64,000 nt of DNA from Octopus vulgaris (taxonomy: Eukaryota), in contig OX597819.1 in assembly GCA_951406725.2 (NCBI GenBank), positions 71,424,001-71,488,000 on the forward strand. Reading direction: 5' to 3'. Of the stretch, positions 56,770-64,000 are shown in pieces. Numbering within the stretch: the first letter of the stretch is position 1; each line of letters opens with the position of its first letter. A program made the position numbers and the translations under genes. Below the pieces are notes generated by a model. The model did no database searches. It was not told the origin of the DNA and saw only the letters and a program-made list of their open reading frames with translations.

Positions 56770-57750
56770 TCGTCGTCCTTTATTGAAAGCTATTTTGTTT
56801 TAGGTCTTTCTTTTTGTCTGGCACTTTTTTGTGGGGTGGAGTTTGGAAGAAATTTATTGTCTTTGACGATCTATAGCGACTTTTGCCCATTTATCAAAAT
56901 CAAATCGAAACGTGCAATCGCGAAGAGCCAAAGCGAGCATGCGCAGAGGTATACCTATACACACATACTGATTTTTAGTCTACACAAAATAACACACTGT
57001 AGAGTGTATGTGTGTGTTTGTGTGGGTGTGGGATTTCTGTCACAATATACATATAACATTTCACCATTTCAAAGAATTACTTTACTGGACACTCCTATAT
57101 TAAAAAAAAGGACAAAAAGAACAAATTTAGAAGAAACAGCTAACCTGACACATAATTAATTGCAAACATACAAAAACATACACAAATGACTGATTGCCGG
57201 CCTTTCGTGCTTAGCGGCAAGACACATTTTTTTCTCTCTCTGCCCTCAGGCATTTTTCTAACACGCCACCTCAAAGTTTACTCGTCCTGTCGAAAGACGC
57301 CTGTCTGTGACGTCCTGTTTTTGTTATTATTATTATTATCATTATTGTTTTTACGTATTTTTGTATTCTTATTCGTGTAACATCGTCCGTTTTTCCGTCC
57401 TTGTTTCGTATACATTCGAGGCTTTCTTCCAAGGAATCTAATGCGCTTGGCTTAGATTTTCCCTTGGGGCTGGCCAGATCAGAGCAATCTCAAGATTAAT
57501 CAGCCGAAATTGCGAGGATGATCCGGTTCTTGACTGAAGATTGAAGGCTTCGAATGTCCCGTCCGTGTGTTTTGTATCGCCTTCTAAATGTTTTGCATTC
57601 TTGTCCCAGTTTGTATTTTTTTACACACACATATATATATGTAGGCGCAGGTGTGGCAATCTGGTAAGAAGTTTGCTTACCAACCACATGGTTCCGGATT
57701 CAGTCCCACTGTGTGGGACCTTGGACTAACGCTTTCTACTATAGCCTTGA

Positions 57751-58545
57751 GTTATAATAGAACACTAACATCTCATTTCAACAGAGATATTTACCAAAAT
57801 TACATTTAAAAAATATCTTGAAATACTAAAGAGTAAATTTATTTAATAAAATAGCAACACTTTTAAACGGTCACCTTGTTTAAGTTGGTGAATGCTGCTA
57901 TAATTCTTGTCTTCAGTTCATCTTTGGTGTTACAAAGAGTTTTGTTGGTCTTTCGCTCAACTGCGTCCCACACATAATAATCAAGAGGGTTGCAGTTTGA
58001 GGAGTTAGTTGGCCAGATGTTAAGGGTGATGTGGTCGCAGAAATTGTCTAACAGCCATGACTGGGTTCTCCTGCTTGTGTGATATGATGCAGGTTCCTGT
58101 CGCCAGTCATAGGGTCTTCCAACAGCTACCCTCAAGCCAGGGCAACACTACATCCTCCAGGCATTTGATGTAGGCCTCCTGTTGAGTCTGAGGCCGTGTG
58201 GGAAGATGAATGGAGGCATAACGTCACCATCACTAGTGATCACTCCAAACACCATGATGTTGACTGGATGTTTGATTTTTATCACTGTCAGTACATGCAC
58301 TGTCTTCAGATTGATACCCAAACACTCTGAAATGTTCGTATCGGAGCCTCCAACGAGAATGCCAAGCTGTACAGCATGTCGTTTCCAAATTTCTGGCAGA
58401 GTGAATTGTGTCATGGTGCTGATTTTCTCACAGACGGTGCCCAACTGACCTTACTATACTGTGTAATTCACAAAATCACAAACAAACAATTCGCATGCGC
58501 GAAATTAAAACTATGAAATGGCGACAATTTACACATCACACACTG
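57751..58545 (-). mobile_element. Decayed, internally deleted maT (DD37D, Bmmar1-like) Tc1/mariner transposon
   Basis: ATG at 58414; KHPVNIMVFGVITSDG..PPFIFP.GLRLN; RQE(=QQD)PASYHTSRRTQSWL..WPTNSSNCNPLDYYVW with exactly 37 residues between the 2nd and 3rd catalytic positions; terminus TA-CAGTGTG. Confidence 0.85.
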
Positions 58546-58592
58546 TACATATCATATCATACCATACATTAAATGTCATTATTTTATTGTTT

Positions 58593-58945
58593 TATTCTTT
58601 TACTTGTTCCAGTCATTTGACTGCGGCTATGCTAGAGCACCGCCTTTAGTCGAGTAAATCGACCCTAGGATTTATTCTTTGTATGCCTAGAACTTATTCT
58701 ATCGGTCTCTTTTGCCGAACCGCTATGTTACGGGGCGTGAAAAAAACAGGTTGGCGGGGGGACAAATACAAACACACAAATATATATATATACAACGGGC
58801 TTCTTACAGTTTCCACCTGCAAATCCATTCACAACGCTTTGGTCGGCTCAAGGCTATAGCAGAAGACATTTGCCCAAGGTTCCTCGCAGAACCCAGAACC
58901 ATGTGGTTGGTAAGCAAGCTACTAACCATACAGCCGTTCCTGGGC
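58593..58945 (-). mobile_element. SINE family A
   Basis: Reverse-complement tail, core and head. Confidence 0.85.
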
Positions 58946-59576
58946 ATACTTGTTGTATATACAATATATTTATTTTGTAAATGAAAAGTGAAAAGATTGC
59001 TAGAATTTTGTAGAGAACCATGAAATATATAATTTCTTTTGTAATTATAATTTTTCTTCGAGGTTTTATATTCTAGGCGTAGTGTAAATTACGTAGTGTA
59101 AGTTAAAATAGTTCGTCTTGGAGTCGCGGCTTTTCGAGAGAACAGCATCGAAAACTATTTCTTTGTTACACACGCACAGCTTCTTCTTCCTTGAAAGTTC
59201 TTAGTTATTTTTTTTTCCTTACACCAAGAAGAAAGCGCCCTGGGGATGGATACATACAACTGTCCACGAGATAATACTCATTCACCAAGAAACAAAGCAA
59301 AGTTTTCGATGTTTGTACTTGATATTTTTTTTTTGATGTTATAGAAAATGCTAAAGATATTGGAAACCCTGTCTGTGCATTATTAATCAAACTCTATTTC
59401 TGTGCAGGTATCTCGTAGGTAAGTATTTTTCCTTCTCATTCCGTTGCAAATTACTTGCATAATAAACCAGGCTTTCCATATTTAGTGACAACAGCCGTGG
59501 CATCTTGAGAGTTGTGCGGCTGATTGTGAGGGCTGTGACTGACTGTACACTAATATCTATCTGATTACTATGCAGG

Positions 59577-59870
59577 GCGCAGGCGTGGTTTTGTGAATGT
59601 ATTTGGTTGACAGAAAGTGAAGGAAGCCCCCGTCGTACATGTGTGTGTGTACGTTTGTGTGTGTGAGTGTTTGCGTTTGTGTTTGTATTTGTGTCCTCCA
59701 CCGCTCCAAAAACCAGCATTCGTGTGTCCACGTCTCCGTAACTTTGCCGTTTGGCAAAAAGTATTCGATACAATAAGTAACAGGCTGTAAAACAATTAAG
59801 TACTAGAGTCAATTTGATAAACCACAATTCTTCAAGGCAGTGCTCCGGTATGGCTGCAGTCGAATGACAA
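59577..59870 (+). mobile_element. SINE family A, internally deleted
   Basis: Head ggcgcaggcgtgg joined to the mid-body and tail. Confidence 0.75.
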
Positions 59871-59984
59871 AAAACAACTTTTTCCGAACAATATGATTGA
59901 CCCTTGAAACAAAGTACCCCACAGTCAGGGGTGTCAAATTCAGCGAAGTAATGTTAAACTGAAGGCGTGTTTTATACATTCATC

Positions 59985-60200
59985 GTCATTAGCCCCTGGA
60001 CATTATCGCCTCACATTCCAGAACTCATGGGGCCGGTTACTCGGTTTCCTTGATGTATAAGTGACAGAGATCAGAACCTGACCCCTTAATGAAACGTCAG
60101 TCCATCACAAGGTTATTCATTTACAGCTAAGAAGATTGGAACATAACACAGGGCCCGGCTTGTGAATCGAAACCTCGTTCTTATGATCGAGAGTGCAATA
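59985..60200 (-). mobile_element. SINE family C, decayed
   Basis: Reverse complement of V-like domain and tRNA head motifs. Confidence 0.6.
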
Positions 60201-60234
60201 GAGTAGAAAAGGATATTTCATCGAAGTTACAAGA

Positions 60235-60800
60235 AGCGAACTGGCAGAATCGTTAGGACGCTGGACGAAATGCTTAGCGTTGTTTCGTCGATTGTTATGT
60301 TCTGAGTTCAAATTCCGCCAAGGTCGACTTTGTCTTTCATCCTTTCGGGGTCAATAAATTAAGTACCAGTTGCGAACTGGGGTCGATCTAATCCACTGGC
60401 CCTCTCCCCCAAAATTCCGAGCCTGTGCCTAGAGTAGAAAATAATATGGCAGGATCGTTAGCACGTCGGGCGAAATGCTTAGTGGTATTTCATCTGCCCT
60501 TCTACGTTCTGAGTTCAAATTCCGCCGAGGTCGACTTTGCCTTTCATCCTTTCGGGGTCGATTAAATAAGTACCAGTTACACACTGGGGTCGATATAATC
60601 GACTCAATCCATTTGTCTGTCCTTGTTTGTCCTCTCTGTGTTTAGTAAAGAAATAGGTATTTCTTCTGTCTTTCTGTTCTAACTTCAAATTCCGCCGAGA
60701 TCGACTTCCCCTTTCATCCTTTTGGTGTGGATAAAATAAGTACCAGTTGTGTACTGGAGTTGATGTAATCGACTAACCTCCCCCGGCATTGTTGACCTTG
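60235..60800 (+). mobile_element. Head-to-tail trimer of SINE family B
   Basis: Three successive gttcaaattccgcc.aggtcgac...cctttcggggtc.ataaa.taagtaccagtt units at about 60235, 60447 and 60655. Confidence 0.88.
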
Positions 60801-60849
60801 TACCAAAGCTTCAAACTAATATTTCATCGAGGGTGTAAAAACAACCGTT

Positions 60850-60990
60850 ATTAAACTGAGGACTTGTTAAATTCATGAGGCCAATATAACATCGAGGCAT
60901 TATATTAATTTCATGAGGGCATTCTTATTTAACTGAAGGTATGTTAAATTCATAAGGCCAATTGTAAACCGAGGGCTTCTTAAAATGATG
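60850..60990. repeat. Degenerate tandem repeat of about 37 bp
   Basis: aactgagg...gttaaattcatgaggccaat recurs 3-4 times. Confidence 0.55.
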
Positions 60991-61709
60991 GCGCCATTAT
61001 CAATACGATTCTCTTTCTCTTCTTCTGCTGTGTTTTAGACACAGCTTTCTTTCCTTCATCATTCATAGTTTCTCTTGTTTCGATTGATTTCTCCCAATTC
61101 ATGCAAATGACACCACCTCTTTTCTTCATTCACGCTAGAACGCTTTTCTCGTATTTGTAATCTGAACTAATGTCAAATTTGCAATCTTTTCTCTAATCTT
61201 TCGTTGTATCTTGTAATTCATTTCTCCTCAGATTGTTTTCGGCTTTCCATTATGATTATCTTGTTAAAATTATTGATAATGTGTTGAAGAGATAATCTTC
61301 ATAACAAATACTTTAAAATGTCGAACAAAATCCGATACGCATTGAACGAATGTGAAGACGTATTCTGTATATGATATTATTCTCCTACATTACGAATATG
61401 TTATAACTCTCTTACACATTTCAATAATCAGAGAAAAGTAACTACGGCTGGATTTGAACACACAATCCCACCCGACGTCGAACCGTAGGTGCGTTGTTGA
61501 AATCTGGATTTAAACATACATACATACATAACTACATGTGTATACATGTATATATACATATATATACATATATATTTACATATATATGAATAAAAAATAT
61601 TTTATTCCGTATGAACATCTAATCTCCTCCGTTTACGAAAAATATGATTGAATTTGTCAAACTTCGTTCTATAACTTAAATCACATATTTAATATACTTA
61701 TATATATTG

Positions 61710-61895
61710 ACCATGATTGACCGGTAACCCCACAAGATTTTTCCTATTCTCTGTTTATTTCCTCGTGTTCCTTTCTGATGAAGAGCGTAGGCTCAAAACG
61801 TAAAAGACTTTCTCACCTTTCCGAACGTCAAACTAATGCACCAGTTTGTTGTTTATACAGCTGTCTTCGTCTTTTGTTTTTCTGTAAATTTCAAC

Positions 61896-61898
<3 letters not shown>
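61710..61898 (+). mobile_element. Penelope-like pLTR fragment with mutated hammerhead (61771-61806)
   Basis: cttt-CTGATGA-a-gagc-gtag-gctc-AAAA-cg-TA-aaag (G12->A). Homologous to 38003-38208 and followed by (TA)n. Confidence 0.75.
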
Positions 61899-61994
<96 letters not shown>

Positions 61995-62559
61995 ATATAT
62001 GCATATACATATATATCTAGTTGTCTATTTCTCTCTCTCCATGTGTGTGTGTTAGGGCGAACTAATGCGTAAATTGCAACATTTGTACTTTGTCCCTTGA
62101 TCATCATTTGTACCTGTCATCAAAGGTGTACCGACCTATGTATCTACAGATTCCCCAAAGTCCTGGAAATACCAAATTTTCTTAAGTGCAAAAGAAACCG
62201 AGGCGCATCCTCCAAATTCAATCAATAAGTGGCACTCCAAAGATTCTCCCCCGCCTCCACCAAAAATCTTTAAATGAACATATGCACACATTTTGCTGTG
62301 AACATCTACGAAGAGATATATGTAAAGAGTGAAAGAGTACGTGTGTGCGCGCGAACACATACGCACAAACACCAAAGCATTAAAAAGTCATGTGCACATA
62401 GAAAATAAATGTGGGTACGTACATGTACACGTATGCACGTACTAACTCAGACACATTTACAAATCCCAGGGAACGCTTATCTCTTTATTAACGACCGCCT
62501 TGAATTCATTAAGAGTAACTCAAATAATGACATCGGAAACATACACACGTACATTACGT

Positions 62560-63415
62560 GAACTGTTGCTATAGAGATGAAGCTAAAGAATGCACACTGA
62601 AACCGCTAGGCACTGACTGACCTTGAACTCTGGTGTGCATACGCACTAAGGTTTAACGCTGTTTACAGCAGTGCTTGAAAAGAAGGTGTGCAGTGTGTGA
62701 TCGTTGCATTGAACATGAGAGAGAAATTTGAGCAGAGAATCTGCATCAAATTTTGCCAAAAGCTTGGTGATACCTGCTCAGAGGCCTACGCAAAGTTTTT
62801 TTAAAAGTTTTCATCGTTCTCGGCACCATCAAGGAGATCTTGTGCAACTGAATCCCGATTGTCGTTTGGGACAGCTGAAAGCAGTTTTGGCAGAAACTTG
62901 GCAGACACGCATCTCATACTCAAATCTTCAGTAATAATGGACTGAACTGAACTGTAACTAATCTGCACATCCTCTGATAACTCACGTATGGTGATTTGAC
63001 GATTTCCTGTCACAGCTGAACGCACAACTGCGATGGTTTTCTCAGTTCTACTGGTTGCAGGTCTCCCGCAACGTACGCCAATATCGACATTTTTAGGCTA
63101 TCTCGGAAACGCCTGCATCACACGTACACTTTTGTGCGGTTCATATACTCCTCTCCATACACTTTCTTCAAATTCCGCTGGGCCTCCGAGCAGGTATCGC
63201 CATAACAACTTTCTCTGTCATGGTCAATGCGACGATCACGCGCTACCACACCTTCTTTCCAAGCACTGCTGTAAACAGCGGAAGTGAGCTACAACGTTAA
63301 AACTTAGTGTACATACACAGCTGAAGTCAAGGTCAATCTGTGCCAAGCGGCTTCATCCTGCGTGTTTTGTTTTGTTACTATGGCGACAGTCCGGATACTT
63401 ATTGATCAGACGACG
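62560..63415. mobile_element. Mariner derivative made of two converging left ends
   Basis: Plus strand 62715-62804 encodes MREKFEQRICIKFCQKLGDTCSEAY. Minus strand from 63415 has TIR, the same UTR, and GDTCSEA..KKVYGEE..GRPATSRT..NRQITIRELSEDV.ISYSSVQSIITEDL.MR.VSAKFLPKLL. TA at 63416-63417. Confidence 0.85.
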
Positions 63416-63609
63416 TATATACAATTCTACAGTCATCTCGGCTGAAAATGAACATTTGTTGAGTAATTAGTGTCGCCCTGTCTTCCTCCAGTTGTCACAA
63501 CTTGTATTTGCCATTAAGTGGAAGGGTGAGACGACAGAGGGAGTGCCTATGTTTGTTTCCAACCAAATAGGCATCTAAAACAATTAACGAAACATAATAC
63601 GTATTAATG

Positions 63610-64000
63610 GTTTCAAATTATATCACAAGGTCATCAATTTAGTGGAAAAGAGTACGACGATGGCATCGACCCCCACCCCAGTGCTCAGCTGATATTTATT
63701 TTATCGACCCCGAACGTATAAAAGGCAAAGTCGACCTTGGCGCCATTTGAACTTATAATGTAAAGACGGATTAGATACCGCTAAGCATTTCCCCGCCGTG
63801 CTAACGGTTCTTCCAGCTCGCCGCCTGAAGCTTGGAGCATATTACTATGCCGTATGTGTTTCCAGATGACGGCATGCTCTTTATACGTACTAAATTCTTT
63901 TCTACTCTAGGCACGAGGTCCGAAAGTTTTGGAGAGGGGTCCAGGCGTTTCGATCGACCCCACTACCGGTACTTAATTTATCGACCTCAAAATTATAAAA
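63610..64000 (-). mobile_element. Two SINE family B copies (second runs off the window)
   Basis: tttatcgaccccgaa...ggcaaagtcgaccttggcg...tttgaact and ggtacttaatttatcgacc. Confidence 0.82.

Noticed and set aside
57530-57560. CTGAAGA..GAAT motif in the 57190-57625 block
   Set aside because: GAAA is absent and the stems are unconvincing. The block is left unclassified.

Overview
Eukaryotic, AT-rich, extremely microsatellite-dense non-coding DNA. The SINE families and repeat landscape look like an octopus (coleoid cephalopod) genome; this is inferred from recall, not a database search. I found no convincing host protein-coding exon. Nearly all ORFs in the supplied track are translations of (TA)n, (CA)n, (TATC)n, (TATG)n, (TAA)n or (GAA)n repeats. 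The window is a transposon graveyard: at least four tRNA-derived SINE families, R4/Dong-type RLE LINE 3' ends stacked in (TAA)n tracts, RTE and Tx1 LINE tails, decayed mariner and maT (DD37D) transposons, pogo/Tigger and hAT MITEs, and possible solo LTRs. The most striking signal is about eleven minimal type I hammerhead-ribozyme motifs (CUGANGA, stem II, GAAA, palindromic stem III) from several otherwise unrelated short elements. Most sit inside (TA)n tracts, and two neighbouring elements are folded into long inverted repeats, including a perfect 446-bp spacerless palindrome. This fits Penelope-like pseudo-LTRs or non-autonomous retrozyme-like elements. All alignments and folds were done by eye.
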